Positions 44,087 through 53,428 of a DNA stretch of 64,000 nt are shown here, piece by piece; the stretch's first letter is position 1; each line of letters opens with the position of its first letter. The translations under genes and the position numbers were made by a program. The notes under the pieces were generated by a model. The model saw only the letters and a program-made list of their open reading frames with translations. It did no database searches and was not told the origin of the DNA. The stretch spans positions 1,824,001 through 1,888,000 of the forward strand of contig OZ242011.1 in NCBI GenBank assembly GCA_965204755.1. Direction: 5' to 3'. The stretch is from Candidatus Marinacidobacterium sp. (GTDB lineage Bacteria > Acidobacteriota > Vicinamibacteria > Marinacidobacterales > Marinacidobacteraceae).

Positions 44087-44118
44087 CGACCGGATCTGGC
44101 GCAACGGCGCCCTAGTCT
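44087..44118 (+). promoter_or_regulatory. WYL/DriD-type box plus -10 (copy 7)
   Basis: TG-CGAC cggatct GGCG-CA; TAGTCT 11 nt after GGCG. Confidence 0.62.
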
Positions 44119-44184
44119 CCCTCGCCTACCGGATACCTGACCGGACCGAAATACGGATCTGGACATAGAAGAAAGGATACGAAC

Positions 44185-45135
44185 ATGGATCGTCGCAACT
44201 TCCTGAAACTCGGCGGCGCCGCCGGCGCGGTCGCCGCCGCGCCCGACGCCGCGGCCCGAACGACCGACCCCCCAAGCCTCGGATTCCACGCCGACCGCCG
44301 CGCCCTGCTCGCGGAACTGGCGCTCGTCGAGTTGCTGCTCGCGCAGGAGCGCCGGCCCTCCCCCGACGAACCGCCCCACCCGGAAGTCACGCTCTCCCCC
44401 GGCGCGTTCGGCTGCCGGATCTTCGCCGCCGCCGCGGACACCCGCTTCCACACCACGGTCGAGGCCGAGTGCGCCGGCGCCGGCGCCGTGACCGTCCCGC
44501 TGCCCGACCTCCGGCGCCGGCTCTCCGCCGGCAGCGGCGAAACCGTCACCGTTCGCGCGTTCGAGTCGGCGGACCGGATCGAAGCCGAATGCGGCGGCCC
44601 CGCCACCCGCATCCCCGCCCGACCCGCCGACTTCCCCGAACCCGACGCCCCGCCGCCCTCGGCGTTCACCGTCCCGGCCGACCCCCTGGCCCAATACCTC
44701 CGCTTCGTCTCGCGCGAGCGCTACGGCGTCCACCGCCCCGGCCCGCCCCGAATCCCCGACCCGGAAGCGCGGGAGCACTTCGCCCGCGAAGCGAGCCGCT
44801 CCCGCCCGACGGTGTATCCGTTCCCGGCCAACGCCGCGGTCGTCCCGCTGTGGGGAAACCCAGCCGGAAGGCGCGCCGCGCGGGGCGTCCGCAAGGACGA
44901 AATCGTCACGCTCCGCCTCGAAACCCTGATCCAGGCGTTGGCGCTCGAAGGAACCCTCGAGCGCCGCGCCCGCCTCCGCCAGGACGGGATCCGCATCTTC
45001 GTCGAGTGCGGAAAGCGCCTGCTCGCGTCCTCCACCTGCGCGCCGGGCGCCTCGGCCTCGACCACCATCGAACACCTGGCCTTCATCCGCTCCGGCCCCG
45101 ACCGGCTCGTCATCGGCGCGGAGTCCCCCGCCTGA
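44185..45135 (+). CDS. Tat-signal-bearing truncated beta-clamp (DnaN) paralog
   Basis: MDRRNFLKLGG Tat motif; IEAECGGPATRIP vs DnaN IQAECGAYTTRIP; IFVECGKRLL vs LFFELGKRLI. Confidence 0.72.
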   Translation: MDRRNFLKLGGAAGAVAAAPDAAARTTDPPSLGFHADRRALLAELALVELLLAQERRPSPDEPPHPEVTLSPGAFGCRIFAAAADTRFHTTVEAECAGAGAVTVPLPDLRRRLSAGSGETVTVRAFESADRIEAECGGPATRIPARPADFPEPDAPPPSAFTVPADPLAQYLRFVSRERYGVHRPGPPRIPDPEAREHFAREASRSRPTVYPFPANAAVVPLWGNPAGRRAARGVRKDEIVTLRLETLIQALALEGTLERRARLRQDGIRIFVECGKRLLASSTCAPGASASTTIEHLAFIRSGPDRLVIGAESPA

Positions 45136-45161
45136 CCGTCGCCCCTCACGCCTCCCCGGAC

Positions 45162-46625
45162 ATGCCCGACGAAACCGCCCCGCTCCCCCACGACCGCGCC
45201 GCCGAACTCGCGGTCCTCGGAGCGGTCCTGCTCGACCGCCGCCAGTTGGACGCCGTCCGCCAGGTCCTCGCCCCGGCCGACTTCCACGACGCCCGCCACC
45301 GCTGGATCTTCGACGCCGTCTGCTCGCTGGACACGGAGAACGAACCCATAGATGTCGTCACCCTCCGCTCCCGCCTGGCTCGGGACGGCCGGCTCGAAAC
45401 CGTCGGCGGCCCCGCCTTCCTCTCCGAACTCTTCGACGGCCTGGCGCTCTCCACGAACGCCGGCGACTACGCCCGCATCGTGCGCGGCCATTCCCTCTCC
45501 CGCCGCCTCCACCGCTACGGCAGCCGCATCGCCGCCGACGCCCCCCGCCGCGATCCCGCCGCCCTCCTCGAAGACGCCGAACGGACGCTCTTCTCCATCG
45601 CCGAAGGCCTCCAGACCAACGCCCCCGTCCCCGTCGGCGAAACCACCGACGCCCTCGCGGAGGAAGCGCAGGAATACCGGAAAGCGCTCCCCGGCATCGA
45701 AACCGGCCTGCCCGAACTCGACCGCCTCATGGGCGGACTGCGCCCGTCCGACCTCGTCCTGCTCGGCGCCCGCCCGGGAGAGGGCAAGACCAGCCTCGCC
45801 CTCAATGTCACGCTCGACGCCGCGCTCCGCGGCGCCCGCGTGCTCGTGTTCAGTCTGGAGATGTCGCTGCGGCAGATCGGCATCCGCCTGCTCTTCTCCC
45901 ACGCCCGGGTGGACGCCCGCCCGCTCTCCGAGCGCGGCGCCTATTCCGCGGACGACCGCCGCAAGATCCGAAACGCGGCCGACTCGCTCCGTCCCCTCCC
46001 GATCCGCGTGGACGACTCCCCGGTGACCCCGGTCGAACTCCGCTCGAAGGCCCGCCAACTCCGCCGCGACCCGGGCCTCGACCTGATCGTGGTGGACTAC
46101 CTCCAACTCATGCGCGCGAGCGACGACGGCCGCCGGCGCTTCGAGAACCGCAACCTGGAGATCGCCGACATCAGCCGCTCGCTGAAACTCCTGGCGAAGG
46201 AACTCGATGTCCCGGTCCTCGCGCTGTCCCAGTTGAGCCGCGCCCCCGAACAACGCGACGCCGCCGCCCCCCGCCTCTCCGACCTCCGCGAGTCCGGCTC
46301 CCTCGAACAGGACGCCGACATCGTCCTGTTCCTCCACCGCGAACGCCGCCCCGCCCCCCGCGCCCCCGAAAACGGCGCGTCCGCCGACCCCGGCCCGCCC
46401 ACCCGCCGCGTAACCGTCGCCAAGAACCGCAACGGCCCCACCGGCTCCGTCCAACTCGCCTGGCTCGACCGCTTCACCCGCTTCGCCTCCATCGCCGAAC
46501 TCGACGCCGACGCGGTGCCCGACGGTAAGGACGAATGGGAAGCCGAAGAGCCTCGGGAGCCCGCCGCCCCGGCCCAGTCCCGGACGGAAGCACCCCACGA
46601 TTCGGCCGCGGATGTGGGCTTCTGA
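45162..46625 (+). CDS. dnaB: Replicative DNA helicase DnaB (possibly a second copy)
   Basis: AELAVLGAVL, GARPGEGKT, FSLEM, VVDYLQLM, LSQLSR, SDLRESGSLEQDAD, KNRNGPTG. Confidence 0.93.
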   Translation: MPDETAPLPHDRAAELAVLGAVLLDRRQLDAVRQVLAPADFHDARHRWIFDAVCSLDTENEPIDVVTLRSRLARDGRLETVGGPAFLSELFDGLALSTNAGDYARIVRGHSLSRRLHRYGSRIAADAPRRDPAALLEDAERTLFSIAEGLQTNAPVPVGETTDALAEEAQEYRKALPGIETGLPELDRLMGGLRPSDLVLLGARPGEGKTSLALNVTLDAALRGARVLVFSLEMSLRQIGIRLLFSHARVDARPLSERGAYSADDRRKIRNAADSLRPLPIRVDDSPVTPVELRSKARQLRRDPGLDLIVVDYLQLMRASDDGRRRFENRNLEIADISRSLKLLAKELDVPVLALSQLSRAPEQRDAAAPRLSDLRESGSLEQDADIVLFLHRERRPAPRAPENGASADPGPPTRRVTVAKNRNGPTGSVQLAWLDRFTRFASIAELDADAVPDGKDEWEAEEPREPAAPAQSRTEAPHDSAADVGF

Positions 46626-46824
46626 TGCGCCGTCGCTCACGGGCCGGTTTTAGCGCGACTACCACGGATTCCCTGAACCTCGATCCAAGTCTCGCCCGCA
46701 GCACTTCGCTCGCCCATGTGTCGCTTGAGGGCGAGCCCCAGCATTCTCCCATGGCCCACAGGAGCCTCTCGAACGGAGAAAGCGGGAACGGACTCACACG
46801 ATCCCGCGCCCCAACTCGAATCCA

Positions 46825-47148
46825 ATGAAACATCTATCCAACTACCTCGAAATGGTTGACGACTTGGTCAGTCAAGCCAAAGAGTTGTGCGTTACTCGAT
46901 GGCTGCTGCTCCTCTTCGTCCTCATTAACCTCGACCTACCCTTCAGCACACTCCCTTTCAGCAAACCCATCGTGGATCTTGAGTGGACGGACCTCCCGAT
47001 AGTTCTCGGTGGGTGGATCGCGTGGGGAGCAGTAGTCCTTTGGAGGAGAAAGGTCGCAGAACGGAAAGTTCGCGCGAAGCACTGGGTCGTAATTGCCGAC
47101 TTGGATAGACGGCTCGACCAGCGCCTCAACGGTTCCGATTCGAAATGA
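46825..47148 (+). CDS. Small two-TM membrane protein
   Basis: Low-GC ORF with two hydrophobic segments; ATGA overlap with the next gene. Confidence 0.55.
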   Translation: MKHLSNYLEMVDDLVSQAKELCVTRWLLLLFVLINLDLPFSTLPFSKPIVDLEWTDLPIVLGGWIAWGAVVLWRRKVAERKVRAKHWVVIADLDRRLDQRLNGSDSK

Positions 47149-48113
47149 CGGCATCGCCAACCCACCCTGACGCTGCGACAGAGGCCACTCATCGCCTCCT
47201 CCGCGATGCCCTGACCGCCTCCGACCTTGATCCGGACATGCCGTCGCCGGAGGGCTCGTCCGAACTCCACCTCCTTCCCCAAGTCCTACCCCATCTCCAA
47301 CTGCTACCCGGCCTGATTCCCAAAATGATCGCCAACGGCGAGGACATCGAGGCTACTGATCGAGCGGGACGCACTCCGCTTCACTACGCGGTCCAGTACG
47401 GTAGGAACGCGGATTTGGTCAAGGCCCTGCTGGCCGCCGGCGCAGACCCCGGGGCTCGCGACGAGAACCGCCAGACACCGCTCCATCGCGCAGCCGCTTT
47501 CAGCGACAGCGCGGATGTCTTGGAGGCACTCCTGGAGGCCGGCGCGGCTTGCCACGCCCGTGACGCACGGAAGCGAACACCCCTCCACCTCGCCGCCCGC
47601 GAGGGTCGCTCCGCGGCCGTTACCGCCCTGCTCGCCGCTGGTGCAGACATCGAAGCCCGTGACGAGGACGGCGCCACGCCGTTCCATCTGGCCGTCGCCC
47701 GGAACGACGACGCCGAAGTCGTAGCCGCGTTGGAGTCTGCCGGAGAGATCAAGAACGATCGTGATGAATGGGGTCGTGCACCGATGGATTACTGTCGGAG
47801 CGAGCAAACCTATGCGGCAGGAGCACTGGGTGTGCGTCCGGGTGAAGAAGAAGGCGTCGACTTCGTTGCATTCCGTCTCGCACGATGGATGACGAGGACA
47901 TGGGGCAAGGTTCGAGATCTTCCCTTGTTGGTGGTCGTGGTAACTGCGGTCACCCTGTCGATCTTCCTGTTGATCTATTGGCCTGTTTCTTGGTTGACCT
48001 ACTGGCTGATCGAGGATCGTCTCTGGCGGCACAATGTGAACGGCATCGTCCCCGGGCTCGTCATGTTGTGGATCTGCTGGCGTGGGCGCCGTTGGTTCGT
48101 GAAAGAAGGATGA
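47145..48113 (+). CDS. Ankyrin-repeat protein with C-terminal TM helices
   Basis: GRTPLHYA, QTPLHRA, RTPLHLA repeats; two hydrophobic segments at the end. Confidence 0.88.
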   Translation: MTASPTHPDAATEATHRLLRDALTASDLDPDMPSPEGSSELHLLPQVLPHLQLLPGLIPKMIANGEDIEATDRAGRTPLHYAVQYGRNADLVKALLAAGADPGARDENRQTPLHRAAAFSDSADVLEALLEAGAACHARDARKRTPLHLAAREGRSAAVTALLAAGADIEARDEDGATPFHLAVARNDDAEVVAALESAGEIKNDRDEWGRAPMDYCRSEQTYAAGALGVRPGEEEGVDFVAFRLARWMTRTWGKVRDLPLLVVVVTAVTLSIFLLIYWPVSWLTYWLIEDRLWRHNVNGIVPGLVMLWICWRGRRWFVKEG

Positions 48114-48283
48114 CCAAGACTACGAGATCCACCCGGCCCTCTGGCGATCCAGAGGGCGAAGTCGCCGCCCGGTGTCTTTCGGACGCGCCAGCCTCAGCAC
48201 GACTGGGCCTGACCACTCGAGACGAGGACGGGAACACTTGTCTCCATCTGGTGCCGGTCGGACCTGCTCGCCTTGTGGAGTAG
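48110..48283 (+). pseudogene. Truncated ankyrin gene remnant
   Basis: RDEDGNTCLHL, then abuts an IS fragment. Confidence 0.4.
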
Positions 48284-48500
48284 GCCCGGGTCGGCCGCTG
48301 CGACGGAATACGCCGGGGTCTCGATCCGGACGCTCTACCGGTGGCGGGCGGCGTACCGGCAGCGGGGTGCGGCGAGGCTGTCACCGGTCTCGCCATGCCA
48401 CATCAGACCGGGCGGCGGACGATGCCCGGCGCCTCCGGGCGGAGCGCCCCGCTTTGGGGAAGCGGAAGGTCCATCCGCTCCTTCTCTGGTTCGGTTAGAG
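48275..48500 (+). mobile_element. IS481-like transposase 5' fragment
   Basis: AGVSIRTLYRWR HTH; RRLRAERPALGKRKVHPLL matches 49440-49505. Confidence 0.7.
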
Positions 48501-48556
48501 TAGGCATACGGACGACAGAGAGATCGATTCGTGCCAACTGACGAAGGAGTTCTCAA

Positions 48557-49276
48557 ATGATCTGGAGGGAAGACTTTACGCGGCTCCACATCGCGGCCGC
48601 GGTCAACGAAGAGGGCGTAGCCGCGCTCGTCGCAGCGGGTGAAGATGTCAATGCCCGCACCAAAGACGGCATTACGCCGCTCCATCTCGCCGCGATAGGG
48701 GGCGAGAACGAGGCCCTGACGACTCTGATATCCGCCGGCGCGAAAGTGAATGTCCGTGGCGGCGCCGAAGGCTGGACGCCGCTCCATGTCGCGGCCAACG
48801 GCAAGTCCGAAGGGATACTGGCGTTGGTCGCGGCGGGTGCGGATGTCGACGCCCGCGACAAGACGAAGCGAACGCCGCTCCATGTCGCGGCCGCGTTCAA
48901 CCGCGCGAAATCTGTAGCCGCGCTGATCGGATCCGGTAGCGACCCCGGTGCCAGAGCCAGATTCGGACTTACACCGCTGCATTTCGCTGCCCGTCACAAC
49001 TCGCGCGCCAAAGTCGTGACCGCGCTCATCGCCGCGGGCGCAGACATCAACGCCGTAGCCAACAGCGGCGAGACTCCTCTCCAGTGCGCGGAGATCAAGG
49101 GGAATTCGAAGATGGTGTCTGCTCTGCTGGCGGCAGGCGCGGATACCGAAGCCGGCGTCAAGCACCGATCGTCCTTCCACAGCGCGTGGAGAGTTGCTGC
49201 GACGGCCATCGTGTCTCGATTGCCCGTCTGGATGATCGTAATCGGTCTATTGGCGGTATGGATCTTCGCCTGCTGA
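48557..49276 (+). CDS. Ankyrin-repeat protein with C-terminal TM anchor
   Basis: About six TPLH repeats; RBS AAGGAG; hydrophobic C-terminus. Confidence 0.9.
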   Translation: MIWREDFTRLHIAAAVNEEGVAALVAAGEDVNARTKDGITPLHLAAIGGENEALTTLISAGAKVNVRGGAEGWTPLHVAANGKSEGILALVAAGADVDARDKTKRTPLHVAAAFNRAKSVAALIGSGSDPGARARFGLTPLHFAARHNSRAKVVTALIAAGADINAVANSGETPLQCAEIKGNSKMVSALLAAGADTEAGVKHRSSFHSAWRVAATAIVSRLPVWMIVIGLLAVWIFAC

Positions 49277-49339
49277 GTTGCCGCCTGCTCCCTGAGTCCG
49301 GAGGGACGATTCGGCGGCGCGAACTCCTCCTCCGCCTTC

Positions 49340-50285
49340 CGCACTACTTGGCGTAGACGGGGCTCGGAGCTTCGGCCGGTCTCGCGGCGTCCGCACCGGA
49401 CGCGGAAGCGGGAGTGGCCGAAGGCGGTGACGGAGGAGATCCGTCGCCTTCGGACGGAGCGCCCGAACCTGGGGAAGCGGAAGATCCATCCGCTCCTGCT
49501 CCGGTTCTGCGAGCGGCGGGGGCTGCGCTGCTCGGCGGTGATCACCATCGGCCGGCTGATCGCTGACGCCGGGGGGCTGCGCGCAGTTCCGCCACGCCCG
49601 GTCAACCGGGGCCGGCGCAAGCGCCCGCGACCCCCGAAGCCGCGCAAGCCCAAGGGCTTCCGGGCGCGGCGCGCCGGGGAGGTGCCGGCGGTGGACACCG
49701 TGATCGCGGTGTGCGACGGGGTGCGGCGTACCGGTTCGCCTGCCTCGACCTGCGCAGCCGGTTCGGCTTGGCGGTGGCCACGCCGGGGATGTCCTCCCGC
49801 TGGGCCCGGGACTTCGCCGACTTCGCCTTTGACCGGTTCCCCGCCCCGGTGGACCGGGTGCTCTCCGACAACGGCTCGGAGTACGAAGGGCGTTTTGCGG
49901 ACCTGTTGAAGGCGCGCGGGATCGCACGCTACTACACCTACCCGAAGACGCCGAAGATGAACGCCCACGCGGAGCGGTTCAACCGCACCGTCTAGGAGGA
50001 GTTCCTCCACTACCGCGAGGACCTGCTCTGGGGGAGGAGGCGAACCTCACCCTGCTGAACCGGAAGCTGGGGAAGTGGCTGCTCTGGTACAATGGGGAGC
50101 GCCCGCACGAGGCTCTGGGCCAGCGGACCCCGATCGCCGTCCTCGCGCGGGAGCGCTCGATGCTTGACCACCTCTCCCGACCGTCGCCGCCCCGAGTCGC
50201 AGAACCGGTGAAACCCCCTCCCCACCGCCCGACCAGTCGAGTTCTGTCGTCAATGAAGAAATGCCAACCCACTAGGGCCCACACA
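49340..50285 (+). mobile_element. Degenerate IS481-family element (frameshifts and stop)
   Basis: VDT, SDNGSEY, NAHAERFNRTV*EEF, YNGERPH spread over different frames; putative right end ...GGGCCCACACA. Confidence 0.8.
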
Positions 50286-50402
50286 TGTGCTTGACCGGTG
50301 CCATCTCTCGCCCATAGAGTCCTGCTCCGTGGTCCCTCGGTCGAATGCCACCGTCGCACTTCGGCGCCCGCAAGCCGCCATCGTGCGCTCCGGGGACGCT
50401 TG

Positions 50403-51800
50403 ATGCACCGAGCCGACTTGCAGCGTTTCTTCGACGCACTAGGGCCGCGTCTCGAGATGGCGCGGACGGTGGACGAGCGACTGAACTCAGAACTGGCGTC
50501 TCGGTTCAATGTCCTCGATTACATTCGGACATCGGAGCTGGGTCTCTCCCGAGTCATTGCCGACCTTCTCGACCCGAGTGCGACCCACGGTCAACAGACG
50601 CTGTTCCTGAACACTTTTCTCCGCGGTCTGCAGTCCGCGTCGAAGAGCGCGGACCGGCCGTTGGACCTCACCCACGACTACAACGACAAGTGGAAGGTGG
50701 CGAAGGGCACCGTGCGTGTCACGGTCGAACGCACCATCCCGCCCGGCCGTCGCCGACTCGATATCTCGGTGGAGTTCAAGGGAAATGATGGTCGCATCCG
50801 GTGCCTCGCCATCGAGAACAAGCCGTACGCGGGCGACCAGAAGCGCCAGATCCAGGACTACCTCGACTTCATGGAGAGTGAGTACGGCAGCAGAGACGGA
50901 GACGAACGGACCAACCATCTCTTGATCTACCTGTCCCCAGTGGGTGAGTTGCCCTCCGAGTGGAGTGTCGAGAAGAAGCGTCTCGCGCGCGAATCTGAGG
51001 AGTACGACTTTGCCGTGATGGGTTATTCGAGGGAAGGCGTCGTCGACTCAAGCCAAGAACAGGACGGCGCGAGCGAGTCGCGTCTTCGGTTGGATTGGTC
51101 CCTCGCGGAATGGTTCGACGCATGCCGACGGGAATGCGATGTGGAGCGCCTTCGCACCTTCCTGCGGGATGCGAGAGACTTTTGCCGGCAGCACTTCGGA
51201 GGTGTCGCCATGCCCGACACGACACAGGAACAGATCCGTCAGTTTCTCGAGGATCCCGAGAATCTGAAGATCGCCATGGCAGTCCACCGCCATTGGCCCG
51301 AGGTGCGCGCGGACATCGTGAAGCGATTTGCGGACCGCCTTACAGCGCGGATATCGGCGCACCTCACGGAACACCTGCCGCAACTCGGCACCATGCGAGT
51401 TGAACACTCGGTGACTGGGCACAACACGCCATGGCAGGCCTTCAAGGTGTACCGCGACGAGTGGCAAGGGAAGGGCGTGACGATCCAGATGGAGGCCCAG
51501 AAGCGGGGGAGCACGGACTGGATCGTCGGCGTCCGCAGCCCCAAGTTGAGGGACGCCCTGAAAGCACCCTTGGCTTCGGCTCTTGGAAAGCGCAGATCGA
51601 GCACAGGATGGCCGTGGTTCCGCTGGGTCGACGATCGCTGGCGATGGTGGGGCTCCGTGAGCGTCGTGCCGGATTTGAAGCGGGACCTGGAGAACGACGG
51701 AGACGCCACGCGCTACTTCGTTGACCAGGTTGCAGAACTCTGCGAGGTCGCAGTCCCGATCATCGACGAGGCTGTTCGCAGGCCCGGGGCCGGCCGCTGA
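50403..51800 (+). CDS. PD-(D/E)XK nuclease (PDDEXK_4-like) #1
   Basis: SRVIADLLDPSATHGQ, RLDI, IENK..AGDQ..QIQDY; TTGACC...TAGAGT promoter-like element at ~50291-50320. Confidence 0.85.
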   Translation: MHRADLQRFFDALGPRLEMARTVDERLNSELASRFNVLDYIRTSELGLSRVIADLLDPSATHGQQTLFLNTFLRGLQSASKSADRPLDLTHDYNDKWKVAKGTVRVTVERTIPPGRRRLDISVEFKGNDGRIRCLAIENKPYAGDQKRQIQDYLDFMESEYGSRDGDERTNHLLIYLSPVGELPSEWSVEKKRLARESEEYDFAVMGYSREGVVDSSQEQDGASESRLRLDWSLAEWFDACRRECDVERLRTFLRDARDFCRQHFGGVAMPDTTQEQIRQFLEDPENLKIAMAVHRHWPEVRADIVKRFADRLTARISAHLTEHLPQLGTMRVEHSVTGHNTPWQAFKVYRDEWQGKGVTIQMEAQKRGSTDWIVGVRSPKLRDALKAPLASALGKRRSSTGWPWFRWVDDRWRWWGSVSVVPDLKRDLENDGDATRYFVDQVAELCEVAVPIIDEAVRRPGAGR

Positions 51801-52035
51801 CCGACGCCTGCCTCGACCGCTGCAGCGGGTTCGCCTCTGGCGACGGGCGCGCCAGAGGCGTCTGCTGCCGTCGCCCGAAGCCTTGAACCGGCCACACCTC
51901 CGCTGCTGGGCCTGAGCAGCCGGCGCCGCCCCGTTGATATGATTCGGTTCCATGCTCTCCGGGCCAACCCGATTTCGGTCGAACGGGGCGCACCGTATTC
52001 GCGGCCGCTCACGGTCAGCGCGACTTGGTTGACTG

Positions 52036-52872
52036 ATGGACGCCGGTCAAGAAGTAATCGCGCCTGTAGAGACTCAGATGGACACAGAGCGACAGGTGCT
52101 TCGCGACCGGCTTTCTGTGTTCTTCTCCGGACTCGCGCCAGCTATCGACGTGGCTCGGGCGGCACAGGAGCGACTTGACCGTCGTCTCGCTACGCGGTTC
52201 TCCGTCTTTGATGATTTCTTCTACTTCATCCACAAGAAAGAGAACACCCTTTCCCGGATCTTCCGGAGTCTGCTGGACCCTCAGGGTCGCCACGGACAGG
52301 GCAGTCGGTTCCTTGATGCCCTTCTGGAAGAAGTCAGCAGCTCCATACCGGAAAACGAACTGCCACGAACGAATCTCGAGGAGTGCCGGGTCCGTACGGA
52401 GTACGGCATCAAGAAGACCACTAGAGACGGTCGTGGCAGCATCGACATCGTTGTCGAATGGCCGAAGTCTGAGTATCGGATCGGCATCGAAAACAAGCCG
52501 TGGGCAGGCGAGCAAGGCGGTCAGGTCACGGACTATGTCAAGGCACTGCTCCGTCAGACCGAGCGGTCAACGGGCGCGAAGAGAGTGTTGTTCCTGTACT
52601 TCAGTGGTAGCGGTGAAGACCCAAAAACACTTACCGGCGAGACTGCGAGAGCAGCACACTGCCTCACAGTGCCCTATCGCTCAGATTTGAGGCAGTGCTC
52701 CGTCCAAGGGTGGCTCCGTCGTTGTCGCACAAGGTGCGAGGCAGACCGTATCCGATGGTTCCTGATGGAGATCGACGACTACATCGAGCGGTCATTCCGT
52801 CATGCCGCTGTTCCAACTGACTCCCAGGAGGGAAAAGATGAAGAACGACATCCAGCTCGAGACGGCGATTGA
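52036..52872 (+). CDS. PD-(D/E)XK nuclease #2, nuclease domain only
   Basis: ENTLSRIF..LLDPQGRHGQG, SIDI, IENKPWAGEQ..QVTDY. Confidence 0.85.
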   Translation: MDAGQEVIAPVETQMDTERQVLRDRLSVFFSGLAPAIDVARAAQERLDRRLATRFSVFDDFFYFIHKKENTLSRIFRSLLDPQGRHGQGSRFLDALLEEVSSSIPENELPRTNLEECRVRTEYGIKKTTRDGRGSIDIVVEWPKSEYRIGIENKPWAGEQGGQVTDYVKALLRQTERSTGAKRVLFLYFSGSGEDPKTLTGETARAAHCLTVPYRSDLRQCSVQGWLRRCRTRCEADRIRWFLMEIDDYIERSFRHAAVPTDSQEGKDEERHPARDGD

Positions 52873-53428
52873 CTTCATTCGCCGAGACAGAAAGAACGCA
52901 GAACTTGCGCTACTCGTTGCGGCAGCCGTGCCCGCGTTGCAACAGCACGTTCGGGGACGCATCTCGGCGGCTGTAACGGAGGAACTGCGGAAGTTCCGCC
53001 GCCCGAACTGGAGTCTCGATGAGCACTGGGGTCGGGGGAAGCGCCTTTGGCGGCTTCGCCTTCACAAGAAGGACGGACACTGGTCCGAGAAACGGTTCAG
53101 CGGAGTATGGTTCCAGTGGGACGGTGACGACGGTATGGGCTTCCGGGTCGGCATCGAATGGCCGCAGGATCACGGAACTAGTCTGGACGAAAGTATTCGA
53201 GAGTGCTTCCGTACGGCCGATGTCGAACTCAGCGCACGACAAGAGGGTGGGGGTGATTCGGGGCGGCCGACAACTTGGTGGTTCTTCGGCTACCCCGCAG
53301 GAGATGACTGGGTCGGATGGGACTGTCTGCTCGTCAAGACGGACGAGGAGATTCCACAGTTCGTGACGGCCACGGTCGGCTTCATGAAGCGGCTGGTGGA
53401 GGTAATCGAGCGAGCCGACTTGCCTTAG
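52838..53428 (+). CDS. Separately encoded C-terminal partner domain of nuclease #2
   Basis: AGGAGG RBS plus ATG; N-terminus aligns with the internal MPDTT.. of #1; FSGVWF/FRVGIEWP shared with #3. Confidence 0.75.
   Translation: MKNDIQLETAIDFIRRDRKNAELALLVAAAVPALQQHVRGRISAAVTEELRKFRRPNWSLDEHWGRGKRLWRLRLHKKDGHWSEKRFSGVWFQWDGDDGMGFRVGIEWPQDHGTSLDESIRECFRTADVELSARQEGGGDSGRPTTWWFFGYPAGDDWVGWDCLLVKTDEEIPQFVTATVGFMKRLVEVIERADLP

Noticed and set aside
24500-44200. Integron cassette array
   Set aside because: Repeated elements are upstream promoter-like motifs, not attC sites with RYYYAAC/GTTRRRY ends; no IntI
40586-46625. Prophage suggested by dnaB and small ORFs
   Set aside because: No terminase, capsid, tail or integrase genes in the window
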